A stretch of DNA of 64,000 nucleotides from a virus (taxonomy: Duplodnaviria; Caudoviricetes): IMG/VR virus record IMGVR_UViG_2940244548_000002, positions 32,001 through 96,000 of that record. One strand, 5' to 3'. Of this stretch, positions 19,517-28,460 are shown one piece after another. A program made the translations under genes and the position numbers. How positions within the stretch are numbered: the stretch's first letter is position 1; the number at the start of each line of letters is the position of its first letter. A model generated the notes under the pieces. That model saw only the letters and a list, made by a program, of their open reading frames with translations. It searched no databases and had not been told where the DNA came from.

Positions 19517-20869
19517 ATGGGATTACTTTTAGGAAGTGGCTCAACTAAGCCACAATACCCCTATGATATGTGGTATGGCGTACAAGGGGATTTTACCAGC
19601 AGGGATTATAAACTTACTCGTGTTGGTAATTTGGATTTACATAAGACTTTGCCCATTCAAAAGAAAATCAAGCGGTTTGTAGAAAACCCTGATGGTTCGG
19701 TAAAGTATTATTTGCATCAAAACGATAGCCGTAAAAAGGAGAGTGGAGCTGCTGCTATCCTTGATAGTACGGATGGAAATGTAATGCTTGAAAAGCCTGA
19801 GTATTATTTCCGCTTGGAGATTGATGGAACAAAATGGCTACGTGCGTGGTCTGAGTATCCGCTGCCTGGCTTTACTAAGATGGAAAGAAAATCTATTTCT
19901 CCATGGTATGCAACTATTGATATAACAAACAGCGTTGCTGTTTCTGGTTGCTGGCTTACATGGGCTGGGGATAATATCGCTCGTGATGCAAATGGCATTG
20001 TGATATTGACAGCTAACGCTGCTCAATTCAGAGGTGGATCTGGAGCTGGTGATGCTGCCAAAGATGGCACATATAATTCTCAGCTTGGTATGGCACGAAC
20101 ATCTATCTCTAAGGCTGGAGTTCGTCCGTTGTGCAAAAATGGTACTCATCATGGAGCTTACAGAGCTTACAATGAGTTAGCCTGGTTACAGCGGTGTGAA
20201 TATGCCTCTCTCCATTGCCAGGACACATATAATGAAACTCTCACTTCTGAGGGCTACAAACAGGGTGGTTTAGGATCTGGCAGTGTTGTGGCTGGAGGAG
20301 AATGGAATACATGGGGAGCTTATAAGCCTTTTGTTCCTTGTGGTACAACTGCTACACTCGGAAACAACACAGGTAAGGTAGCCTACACTATCAAAGGATG
20401 GACTGGTGGAGATAAAACCGTTCAGGTAACATCATACAGAGGCTTGGAGGTTCCATTTGAGTATTTGTATATGTTGGCTGATGATGTACTTATTTATCAT
20501 GGAGCGGATAGATCAACGGCTTATGTGTGTGAGGATCCATCCAAATTTACATCACACTCTGATAGTTCTACAGCAGTTCCTGTAGGATATGATCCTATCT
20601 CCGATCTGCCACGAACAAATGGTTATATCCTCCAGCTTACACATTCAGCTAAAACATACTCATTCCCTGAGACTGTTGGAGGTGCTGCTAATGCTGGAGG
20701 ATGTGATTACTATTATCAACCTGTTACTGATGGTGGTTCAGGCTGGTATGGTGCCCTGTTGTCTGCTAATGCGTCTTCTGGGGCGAGTGCTGGGTTCGGT
20801 TTCCTGAACACGCTTAATCGCTCCTCGTACTCGTATGCGTACGTCGGGTTCCGCTTGTGCCGTTTTTAA
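19517..20869 (+). CDS. DGR target protein (probable receptor-binding / tail adhesin, C-terminal CLec-like fold)
   Basis: C-terminal VR matches TR; ends GFRLCRF; YRGLE.PF motif. Confidence 0.88.
   Translation: MGLLLGSGSTKPQYPYDMWYGVQGDFTSRDYKLTRVGNLDLHKTLPIQKKIKRFVENPDGSVKYYLHQNDSRKKESGAAAILDSTDGNVMLEKPEYYFRLEIDGTKWLRAWSEYPLPGFTKMERKSISPWYATIDITNSVAVSGCWLTWAGDNIARDANGIVILTANAAQFRGGSGAGDAAKDGTYNSQLGMARTSISKAGVRPLCKNGTHHGAYRAYNELAWLQRCEYASLHCQDTYNETLTSEGYKQGGLGSGSVVAGGEWNTWGAYKPFVPCGTTATLGNNTGKVAYTIKGWTGGDKTVQVTSYRGLEVPFEYLYMLADDVLIYHGADRSTAYVCEDPSKFTSHSDSSTAVPVGYDPISDLPRTNGYILQLTHSAKTYSFPETVGGAANAGGCDYYYQPVTDGGSGWYGALLSANASSGASAGFGFLNTLNRSSYSYAYVGFRLCRF
20748..20864 (+). repeat. DGR variable repeat (VR) including IMH
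   Basis: Ungapped 117-nt match to 20935-21051; 13 of 15 mismatches are at TR adenines and the 2 others lie at the 3' end. Confidence 0.95.
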
Positions 20870-20934
20870 CGGGGGCACGGACGGCACTGCAAAAACGATA
20901 ATTGAAATAATGAAAATAAAAGGTTGCAACGGTC

Positions 20935-21051
20935 ATGGTGCCCTGTTGTCTGCTAATGCGAATAATGGGGCGAATGCTGGGTTCGGTATCCTGAACACGA
21001 ATAATCGCTCCTCGAACTCGAATGCGAACATTGGGTTCCGCTTTTACCGTT
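20935..21051 (+). repeat. DGR template repeat (TR)
   Basis: AAT/AAC-rich copy of VR with 23 adenines in 13 codons before the IMH* region. Confidence 0.95.
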
Positions 21052-21195
21052 ACAGGTTTTCCTTGAAAAAGAAAAGAAAATCAGACCGTTGTAACCATGC
21101 CTCACAGAGACTACTTGTAGTCGGCAAAATAATATGAATTAGATCGGTGTGAGTAAGGAATTGAAAGCTCTGATATAAACCAACGGCACATTTAT

Positions 21196-22260
21196 ATGGA
21201 TGAGTTGTATTTTAAAGATAGTAAACGATTAAAGAATATTTATCCATTAGTTTATGAAACATCTAATTTGGTAAGATCACAGTATAATGCACAAAAAGGA
21301 AAGGGCGTAAGAAAGGAAATAACCCGATTCAATAGCAATATCTGTGAAAACTTAGCCCACATATATGATATATTGGAAACTGAGAGCTACATACCTGGTG
21401 ATTATCGTGTTAAAATCATCCAGGATCCCAAAGAGAGAACAATAATGATAGCTCCGTTTTTCCCTGATCGGATCATTCACCATTGTATCATAAATGTTTT
21501 AGGCAATGTTTGGACTAAAGTTTTTATCCCTCAAACATACGCTTGTATCAAGGGGCGTGGAACCCATAAGTGTATGGAGGATATTCACAAAGCTCTGATA
21601 AGAGATAAGAAAGGTACTAAATACTGCCTAAAGATTGACATAAAGAAATTTTACGATAATGTAGATCACTCAGTTCTTAAAAAGATCATCCGCTATAGAA
21701 TAGCTGATGAACAAATGCTGAGGCTGTTGGACAAAGTTATAGATAGTAACGGTAGCGATAAGGGATTGCCTATAGGCAATTTTACAAGCCAGTACCTGGC
21801 TAATTTGTATTTAGCATACTTCGATCACTGGATCAAAGAGAATCTAAGGGTAAAGTATTATTTCAGGTACATGGATGATATTGTTATTCTGCACCAAAGC
21901 AAAGAGTTCCTACATGAACTACTTGATAAGATGGGGCTTTACCTTGGTGCTGAGTTAAAACTGGAGATAAAACAAAACTGGCAGATTTTCCCAGTTGATT
22001 CTCGTGGAATTGATTATGTAGGATTCAAACAAAACCATTACGGAATCCTACTAAGAAAAGGGATTTTAACAAGATTCTACAAGAAATACAACCGTGTGAG
22101 GAAACAGTATAACATCTCCGATGAGACAGTAATTAAACACCTCTTTCCGTCTGAATATGGCTGGATAATCAGATGCTCTGAGGAACATAGTAAATTCATA
22201 ATTAAAAATTGTATCGACAATGGAAAAGCAAAATGTATTAACTATCGGGCTGCTGGCTGA
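21196..22260 (+). CDS. DGR reverse transcriptase
   Basis: LKIDIKKFY, GLPIGNFTSQ (DGR SQ signature), RYMDD. Confidence 0.96.
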   Translation: MDELYFKDSKRLKNIYPLVYETSNLVRSQYNAQKGKGVRKEITRFNSNICENLAHIYDILETESYIPGDYRVKIIQDPKERTIMIAPFFPDRIIHHCIINVLGNVWTKVFIPQTYACIKGRGTHKCMEDIHKALIRDKKGTKYCLKIDIKKFYDNVDHSVLKKIIRYRIADEQMLRLLDKVIDSNGSDKGLPIGNFTSQYLANLYLAYFDHWIKENLRVKYYFRYMDDIVILHQSKEFLHELLDKMGLYLGAELKLEIKQNWQIFPVDSRGIDYVGFKQNHYGILLRKGILTRFYKKYNRVRKQYNISDETVIKHLFPSEYGWIIRCSEEHSKFIIKNCIDNGKAKCINYRAAG

Positions 22261-22654
22261 TGAAAAGCCTGAGGTGTTCTTTGACTTATATAATGGGCAG
22301 GGAACTATTCTATATAACCATAACATTAAAGAGGTTCTGGTTATCAAGGATGAGGATGGAGGAACAGTAATAACAACTGACAGCAAGAAATCAAACGGTA
22401 AGATGTTTCAGTATGATAGTGTTCGGGTGGACTATCCGAAAACTGGAGATAACATCTTTAGCACGTTGATCACTGCAAAATATCCACCAGCAACAGAAAG
22501 CAAATTGCTCAATGAGTATCAATCTGCTGTAATGGGATTGCTGGACAAAAGCCGTAAAAAGCCGTATGAAAATTTCCTCAAAGATCGTTTAGCAATTCGT
22601 GAGCAGATTGAGGCTGATTGTGAAACCTCTAACATCCCTATGGAGCATGAATAA
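22220..22654 (+). CDS. Hypothetical protein overlapping RT 3' end
   Basis: Overlapping ORF in operon. Confidence 0.65.
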   Translation: MEKQNVLTIGLLADEKPEVFFDLYNGQGTILYNHNIKEVLVIKDEDGGTVITTDSKKSNGKMFQYDSVRVDYPKTGDNIFSTLITAKYPPATESKLLNEYQSAVMGLLDKSRKKPYENFLKDRLAIREQIEADCETSNIPMEHE

Positions 22655-23042
22655 TATAGTCGATTTTGAAGATGATCCTATTATTGGATCTGCTGATGGA
22701 GATGATTTGTTTGATTGTGAATATTCAAGTGTTGATGCACTGATAAATGAGGTTATTGTTTTTACAGGAGTAAAGACAGATGTTCAAACTGAAAATGGTT
22801 TGCGAACACTTGTAGCCTTTGGAGAGGGATCTGCACGCTCAGCATTTTTCACAGAAAGCAAAAGATTAAAGGATGTTGTTTGTAATCCTGATCGGGTGTT
22901 TCCGTTTCGTGCTATAATTAAAGTGGTTCGATTCGGCAATAACACAGGATTCAAATTCTTTTCTCCCAGCAGTCCTATCACTCAACAGGACAAAGAAAAT
23001 TTCGATTATTATAAACGTAACAAATATAAAAGAAATAGATAA
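22647..23042 (+). CDS. Hypothetical protein
   Basis: ATG 22647 overlaps upstream stop region; acidic N-terminus. Confidence 0.65.
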   Translation: MNNIVDFEDDPIIGSADGDDLFDCEYSSVDALINEVIVFTGVKTDVQTENGLRTLVAFGEGSARSAFFTESKRLKDVVCNPDRVFPFRAIIKVVRFGNNTGFKFFSPSSPITQQDKENFDYYKRNKYKRNR

Positions 23043-23521
23043 TGGGAGAGGTTTTTCAAGGTGCAGAAAATATGCTAATGATCGTTGTGTTAGCCTGTAT
23101 TATTGTTTTTATAGCAATGTGTGTAGATCTTGTTAGTGGTTTGCATAAGGCTAAGCAACGCAAAGAGATCCGTAGCAGTTACGGATTAAAGCGATCTCTA
23201 AGTAAGTTTATCATGTATGAGGGCGGTATGCTAATAGCTTGTGGAGTAGATATATTGATCCACGTTTGCAAGCTGTTAAAGGTATTCCATTTGGATATTA
23301 TCTATGGGATCCCGATTATCACCTGTTTACTTGGTATCTTTTTACTGGTGGTAGAGTTTGTGAGTGTGCGAGAAAAAGCAGACGATAAAACAAAAACAGA
23401 AATTTCCAGGGTGGAGCAATTAGCAGCTAAAATGGTTAATAAGGATGAGCTGGTAGGTGCTCTTACTCAGGCGATAATCAACGCTGGCAAAGGAGGTAAT
23501 AGTGATGAAAGTTCTGATTGA
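23042..23521 (+). CDS. Holin
   Basis: Three hydrophobic segments, DLVSG..KA...RSSYGLKR, E..SV.EK; precedes endolysin. Confidence 0.8.
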   Translation: MGEVFQGAENMLMIVVLACIIVFIAMCVDLVSGLHKAKQRKEIRSSYGLKRSLSKFIMYEGGMLIACGVDILIHVCKLLKVFHLDIIYGIPIITCLLGIFLLVVEFVSVREKADDKTKTEISRVEQLAAKMVNKDELVGALTQAIINAGKGGNSDESSD

Positions 23522-24089
23522 CAACGGACACGGTGTAAATACACCTGGTAAACGCTCTCCAGATGGTTCTCTGAGAGAGTACCTGTATGCAAGAGAAATA
23601 GCTGATAGAGTGGTATCCGAGTTGAAAAACAGTGGTATTGATGCTGAGCGTATTGTTAAGGAGGATGTTGATATATCTATCTCTGAGCGGTGTAAACGTG
23701 CGAATGCCATTTACAAAGCAACAGGAAAGAAAGCTATACTGATCTCTGTTCACTGCAATGCTGCTGGAAATGGATCCAGCTGGATGAATGCACGAGGCTG
23801 GAGTGTTCATGTTTCAACCAACGCCTCCAAAAAGAGTAAGGAGCTGGCTACTTGCTTTGCTAATATCGCTATGAGTATGGGGTTAAAGGTTCGTAAACCA
23901 TTACCGAATCAACCCTACTGGGTGCAAAACCTTGGTATTTGTCGTGATACGAATTGTCCAGCTATTTTAGTTGAGAATTTTTTTATGGATAACAAACAGG
24001 ATTGTGAGTTTCTTCTTTCTCCAGAGGGTAGAGATCAGATCGTGGATCTACACGTAAATGCAATCCTCAAATACATCAAAGGAGTATGA
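23502..24089 (+). CDS. Endolysin, N-acetylmuramoyl-L-alanine amidase (Amidase_3)
   Basis: IDNGHG, E, SVHCNA, ILVENFFMDN. Confidence 0.93.
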   Translation: MMKVLIDNGHGVNTPGKRSPDGSLREYLYAREIADRVVSELKNSGIDAERIVKEDVDISISERCKRANAIYKATGKKAILISVHCNAAGNGSSWMNARGWSVHVSTNASKKSKELATCFANIAMSMGLKVRKPLPNQPYWVQNLGICRDTNCPAILVENFFMDNKQDCEFLLSPEGRDQIVDLHVNAILKYIKGV

Positions 24090-24673
24090 ATAAATATCTA
24101 ATTTCAGCAATAGCTGTATTATTTCTGGCTGTAGGGCTATTGTCCTGGCAGTTGGATAGAACGAAAACAGAGAAAAAGCGACTATCAAGCAATCAGGAGG
24201 CTTTGCTTTCTGATATTGAATTTTATAAAACAGAGGCTGGAGATAATGCTGCATCAGTTCAACGGCTGGAGCTTTCAAAATCGGAGCTGGAAAAGCATTG
24301 TGAGGATCTTACCCAAACAGTAAAGGATCTCAATCTTAAAGTTAAGCGGATCCAGGCAGCATCCACTACTGTTACCAAAACAGAGTATAAGATTCAAACG
24401 GTTGTAAAGGATAGTATAATTTATCGTGATGTTCCTGTGATTGTTCAATCCATAGTGTATAAGGATCCTTGGATAGATATAGATGGGGTTATTGATAGCT
24501 CTATGTTCTCTGGTAACATTAGTACCAGAGATACCTTAGTTCAAGTGATTCACCGAGTGCCTAAAAAGTTTTGGTTTATAAAGTACGGAACAAAAGCAAT
24601 AAAACAGGAGGTGGTGAGTAAGAATCCTCATAGTAATATTGTGTTCACTGAATACATCGAATTGAAAAAATAA
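24086..24673 (+). CDS. Spanin-like lysis protein
   Basis: N-terminal TM, coiled coil, follows endolysin. Confidence 0.6.
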   Translation: MNKYLISAIAVLFLAVGLLSWQLDRTKTEKKRLSSNQEALLSDIEFYKTEAGDNAASVQRLELSKSELEKHCEDLTQTVKDLNLKVKRIQAASTTVTKTEYKIQTVVKDSIIYRDVPVIVQSIVYKDPWIDIDGVIDSSMFSGNISTRDTLVQVIHRVPKKFWFIKYGTKAIKQEVVSKNPHSNIVFTEYIELKK

Positions 24674-24701
24674 TTTTTCTTCATATATTTTTGTAGATCG
24701 G

Positions 24702-24735
24702 AACTGTCTTAGCTGTGAAGCTGGGGCAGTTTTTA
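24702..24735 (+). terminator. Terminator of the late operon
   Basis: AACTGTCTTAGCT-GTGA-AGCTGGGGCAGTT followed by T run. Confidence 0.8.
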
Positions 24736-24844
24736 TATTTGCTATTTTATTTGTAATTTTGCATTACCGATAATCAAAATCGGTGTTGCATTAGAGAGAT
24801 CCCTTTTTGCTTTCGGGTATTGGGGATCTCCTATTTTTAGTAAA

Positions 24845-24863
24845 AGTTCTACAATAGTTCTAC
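24845..24863 (+). repeat. Probable integrase arm-type sites (AGTTCTAC x2)
   Basis: Direct repeat about 40 bp from the att-like core. Confidence 0.45.
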
Positions 24864-24902
24864 GAAAAATAGAAAATCAAATGTAACTTATTGAATATCA
24901 GA

Positions 24903-24925
24903 GATAGAATAGAAGTTTCCTAAAC
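24903..24925 (+). other. att-like core: fragment of a tRNA-Arg(CCT), D-arm to anticodon loop
   Basis: GATAGAATAGAAGTTTCCTAAAC versus GATAGAATAAGAATTTCCTAAAT in the intact tRNA. Confidence 0.75.
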
Positions 24926-25013
24926 ATGCGCAAAACTAAGAGGCTGTAAAAGTAGATAGATTTTTTGGAGAGGTAAAATTTAGCATTAAAATAAGATTTA
25001 AAAAATGGCGTAA

Positions 25014-25085
25014 GCCCCTGTAGTTCAACGGATAGAATAAGAATTTCCTAAATTTTAGATAGCAGTTCGATTCTGCTCGGGGGTA
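25014..25085 (+). tRNA. tRNA-Arg(CCT)
   Basis: Cloverleaf: GCCCCTG/CGGGGGT acceptor, loop TT-CCT-AA, AGCAG-TTCGATT-CTGCT; CCA not encoded. Confidence 0.92.
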
Positions 25086-25090
25086 CACAA

Positions 25091-25121
25091 AGAGAGCTAA
25101 CTTTCAAAAGTTGGCTCTTTT
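25091..25121 (+). terminator. Terminator after tRNA
   Basis: AGAGAGCTAACTT-TCAA-AAGTTGGCTCTTT hairpin. Confidence 0.75.
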
Positions 25122-25161
25122 CGTTTCAGCACTTTTGTTGCTATAAACGTATTTTTGCTGG

Positions 25162-25194
25162 CAATTGTGGTTCAATTGTGGTTCGTGGTTCAAT
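25162..25194 (+). repeat. Probable integrase arm-type sites (GTGGTTC x3)
   Basis: CAATTGTGGTT x2 plus GTGGTTC just upstream of the integrase. Confidence 0.5.
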
Positions 25195-25217
25195 CCGAGC
25201 CAAATAAAAGTAAAGGT

Positions 25218-26570
25218 ATGGCAACAACATTTAAGGCGGTGGTATTCCAACACCATAAAAAACAAGATGGTACATATAACGTTAAAATCCGTGTTACCCA
25301 TAATCGGCAAAGGCGGTTACTGGCAACAAACATTTTTGTTACTAAGGAGGATTTAACCAGAGGCTTAAAAATAAAATCCCAGAATATACTTGATAATACC
25401 AAAGCCATTATTGATGGCTATATGCGTATTACAGCTACCATTAGCATACAGGTAGCTAAAGATATGAACGTAGATGATGTATTAAAATACATAGATACCT
25501 ACCAAGCTAATAATAAGGTATTCAAGTTGGATTTTATCAGCTATGCCGAAAAAATAACTAAGGAGCTGGAGGATACAGGGCGCAAAGGGAATAGCTTAAT
25601 GTATAAAACTGTAGCCAATAGCTTAAAATGCTTTTTGGGCTATGATACAATTGATATTTCAGAGATAAATGTACAATTCTTAAATGACTACTGCCAGTGG
25701 TTAAAAACCAAGCCAGCACGCAAAAACAGACCAGATAAGGATACTGGCAGGCGTATGCCCTCCCTTTATTTATCCACAATCAGAGCTATACATAATAGGG
25801 CAAAATCAGAGTTTAACGATGAAGATGCTGGGATAATTAACATACCATTATCACCTTTCAAAAAGTTCAAAATACCAGCAGTACCAGTAAGTAGAAAAAG
25901 AGCATTAACTAAGGAGCAATTTACAAAGCTAATCAGCCACCCATACGAGTTGGTAATGTATAGAGGCTTTAATAGGATGAATTTGGCAAAAGATGTTTTT
26001 TTGTTATCATTCGGGCTAATGGGTATGAATGCAGTTGATTTATTTGAGTGTACAAATTATGAGGGTGGTTATTTAAACTATAACCGAACAAAAACCAAAA
26101 ACAGGCGTGCGGATGCTGCACGTATGGTAGTAAAAGTGCATCCAGAGTTAATGCCATTATTTGAGAAATACAGAGATAAAAAAGGGAAAAGGGTATTCTG
26201 TTTTTACCAATATTATTCGGATGCAAATACATTTTCAGCTGCAATAAATAAAGGGCTAAAAAAGATTGGCGAAAAAATAGGGATAGCTGATTTTGAATTT
26301 TATGCAGCACGACATACATGGGCAACTCTGGCAACTAATAAAGTCGGTATTGCAAAAGATTTGGTGCATGAGGCATTAAACCATGTAGATGATAAAATGC
26401 GCATAACCGACATTTATATAGAAAAAGACTGGAGGCGTATTGATGATGCCAATAAACAAATGCTGGAATATGTTGGGTTTAGCAAGGTAAATATTAAGGA
26501 GGAGATATACCAACGGAAGTTTAATAAACACCTCCCAAAAAGAGAGCACCCTATTTTTTCAGAGGAGTAA
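25218..26570 (+). CDS. int: Tyrosine integrase
   Basis: Arm-binding N-terminus, SAM-like domain, R.KT, YAARHTWAT, LNH, IY. Confidence 0.93.
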   Translation: MATTFKAVVFQHHKKQDGTYNVKIRVTHNRQRRLLATNIFVTKEDLTRGLKIKSQNILDNTKAIIDGYMRITATISIQVAKDMNVDDVLKYIDTYQANNKVFKLDFISYAEKITKELEDTGRKGNSLMYKTVANSLKCFLGYDTIDISEINVQFLNDYCQWLKTKPARKNRPDKDTGRRMPSLYLSTIRAIHNRAKSEFNDEDAGIINIPLSPFKKFKIPAVPVSRKRALTKEQFTKLISHPYELVMYRGFNRMNLAKDVFLLSFGLMGMNAVDLFECTNYEGGYLNYNRTKTKNRRADAARMVVKVHPELMPLFEKYRDKKGKRVFCFYQYYSDANTFSAAINKGLKKIGEKIGIADFEFYAARHTWATLATNKVGIAKDLVHEALNHVDDKMRITDIYIEKDWRRIDDANKQMLEYVGFSKVNIKEEIYQRKFNKHLPKREHPIFSEE

Positions 26571-26826
26571 TATCCTTATTAAACATATTCCCTTTGCCAG
26601 TAAGTAGCCAAAGTGCATTTATATTAAATTCTTTAACCAGAGGTACAAGCCAATAAAGTTGCAAGAGGTTTGCATCTAAATCTTTTTCTTGTTTGTAGAA
26701 ATTCCTTTTATCAATATTAGCCAGAGTACAGTATGTTTGCCGACCTCTAATAACTCTGGATTCCATCAGCATTTTTATTGCTTCATAAAAACGCTTGGTT
26801 ATCTCTACATTAATTGGATTTTGCAT
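26551..26826 (-). CDS. HTH-like protein in the immunity operon
   Basis: NINALWLLTGKGNM motif. Confidence 0.65.
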   Translation of the reverse strand: MQNPINVEITKRFYEAIKMLMESRVIRGRQTYCTLANIDKRNFYKQEKDLDANLLQLYWLVPLVKEFNINALWLLTGKGNMFNKDITPLKK

Positions 26827-27028
26827 AAGCTAAACGTTTAATTTGCATCAAATCTGATTTAAGTAACTCCAGTGCGCTGTATTCCTCATTATCCACTATT
26901 GCCTTATCAATGTGTTTTTCAATAGCCAGTATGGCACTGTTAAGCTCATCGGCTGACATAGAGCCAGTACTTACCCACTCCTCAATAGCCTTTTTAAGAG
27001 CATCTATAACTATTCTATTGCAGTCCAT
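26810..27028 (-). CDS. Hypothetical protein
   Basis: Coupled between repressor and 26551 ORF. Confidence 0.55.
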   Translation of the reverse strand: MDCNRIVIDALKKAIEEWVSTGSMSADELNSAILAIEKHIDKAIVDNEEYSALELLKSDLMQIKRLAYAKSN

Positions 27029-27029
27029 A

Positions 27030-27473
27030 TTATTTTTCTTGCCCCTCCAGCTGGGCTATTTTTTGTTTAAGAGTACCAATCTCCCTATTTAACTCCTCTA
27101 TCATCATATCTTTACGTTGTAGCTCTGCATCTTTCTCTTTCACAATGCTTGCAGGGTATAATTCCCCTTTGCTTATCATAGTCATTAATTGCTGGTAAAA
27201 AACATCAGCCCCCTCATTTACGACTTTTTTTGCCGTATCCATTTCTATCTGCTCATCTTTGAGCATCATATTTCCAATGCCAGTCATTAACCATGCAGGG
27301 TTAAGCCCAAAGCACTCCGACCACTTAGCAGCCGTTTTTTTACCAAACGATCTATGGTTAAGTAGTTTCTGTACAGTCTGTTGAGTAGAGCCAGTAAGTT
27401 CTGCAATTTGAACCTGTGTGATTTTCCGCTCTTTGAAAAAATCTTTTAATTTTTTTCTTTCTGTATCATCCAT
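27030..27473 (-). CDS. CI-like XRE repressor (coiled-coil C-terminus, no S24 peptidase seen)
   Basis: ITQVQIAELTGSTQQTVQK HTH; LNPAWLMTG; divergent from cro. Confidence 0.85.
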   Translation of the reverse strand: MDDTERKKLKDFFKERKITQVQIAELTGSTQQTVQKLLNHRSFGKKTAAKWSECFGLNPAWLMTGIGNMMLKDEQIEMDTAKKVVNEGADVFYQQLMTMISKGELYPASIVKEKDAELQRKDMMIEELNREIGTLKQKIAQLEGQEK

Positions 27474-27504
27474 TGTTTCAGCACGTTATAAATTAGTCAT
27501 TAAA

Positions 27505-27595
27505 ATAAGCCAAAAAAAGGCGTATAAATATTTGGATATAAGACTAAAATAGGCTTATATTTGCATCGTTATAACGTTATAACATGACAAAGATA
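27505..27595. promoter_or_regulatory. Lysis-lysogeny switch: two 21-bp operators and face-to-face promoters
   Basis: ATAAGCC-N7-GGCGTAT (27505) and ATAAGAC-N7-GGCTTAT (27538); TTTG 27531 plus TATATTTG 27556 (+); TATCTTTG 27588-27595 (-). Confidence 0.7.
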
Positions 27596-27634
27596 GTTAT
27601 AAAAAGGAGTATTAACACCTAAAAATGTAGCAAA

Positions 27635-27901
27635 ATGGAAAATATGACCGTAAAGGACTATACACAGGAAGAAAAAGAGCCCAAGAGCTTTAGTGAGGTG
27701 TATAACGGACTACCCGAGCGGACTAAGGCACCCAAACAGGCATTTGTTGAGCGCATTGCTGAATTGTGCATGTGCTCACAGCAAACAGTAAGAATGTGGA
27801 TTCAAGGTAAGCAACGCCCAGATGCACTAAAGCAAAAACTTATAAGTGAAGAATTGGGCATACCACAAGACGAGTTATTTCCAACACCAGTAACAGAGTA
27901 G
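27635..27901 (+). CDS. Cro-like HTH regulator
   Basis: IAELC.CSQQTVRMWIQGKQRPD...LGIP..ELF. Confidence 0.82.
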   Translation: MENMTVKDYTQEEKEPKSFSEVYNGLPERTKAPKQAFVERIAELCMCSQQTVRMWIQGKQRPDALKQKLISEELGIPQDELFPTPVTE

Positions 27902-27905
27902 TAAG

Positions 27906-28460
27906 ATGAAACCCACAGAGTTTTACAATACACCAGAGGGGCAAGTAACATTGCGAGCTATGGGAGAGCCAGAAAGGCAACTCACAGAGAACGACAGGGA
28001 GTTTATAGAGCAGTTTCTATATGTATTGCGTGAATATTACCCAGAGGCATTTGATGCTCTTATGGAGGTTTACAGCGTAAATATAAATAATAAGAGGTAT
28101 CGTGATTTTCTGGCTGTACGCAGATTTATTAAATGCAACTTCGGCTTGTATGATAACCAAATAGATGTTGATGAGAACTGGAATTTTAAGTTTGAGTTCT
28201 TATGCTGCCCACTACACGGAGAATGTAAATACGATGGGGTTATATGTAAACCTAAATTTTGCTCAAAATTGAGTGATAGGCAGCTGGAGGTAATGCGTAT
28301 GTGTTACGAGGGTAAAAAGGATAATGAGATAGCCGATGCTCTTTTTATAAGCCTTAATACTGTAGCAAACCACCGTAAAGCCAGTTTCAAAAAAGTAGGA
28401 GTACATGATATGGCTGAATTTATGCGATACGCATACAATAATAATTTATTCAAGTTTTGA
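27906..28460 (+). CDS. LuxR C-terminal HTH regulator with Cys cluster
   Basis: CP..GEC....VIC; LSDRQLEV...EIA..LFIS.NTV.NHR. Confidence 0.85.
   Translation: MKPTEFYNTPEGQVTLRAMGEPERQLTENDREFIEQFLYVLREYYPEAFDALMEVYSVNINNKRYRDFLAVRRFIKCNFGLYDNQIDVDENWNFKFEFLCCPLHGECKYDGVICKPKFCSKLSDRQLEVMRMCYEGKKDNEIADALFISLNTVANHRKASFKKVGVHDMAEFMRYAYNNNLFKF

Larger units (their letters stand above)
1..24925 (+). mobile_element. Prophage 1, right portion (head, tail, DGR, lysis), ending at a tRNA-Arg-derived att-like sequence
   Basis: Contiguous siphovirus late-gene order ending in holin-amidase-spanin-like genes, terminators, arm-like repeats and a tRNA fragment. Confidence 0.9.

Noticed and set aside
20835-21137. 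100-aa ORF spanning TR
   Set aside because: It is the Asn-rich translation of the template repeat; the region is better explained as the dgrRNA
21196-22260. RT as retron, group II intron or Abi RT
   Set aside because: SQ motif, short length and the adjacent A-specific TR/VR pair identify a DGR RT
24903-24925. Second functional tRNA
   Set aside because: No acceptor stem or T arm
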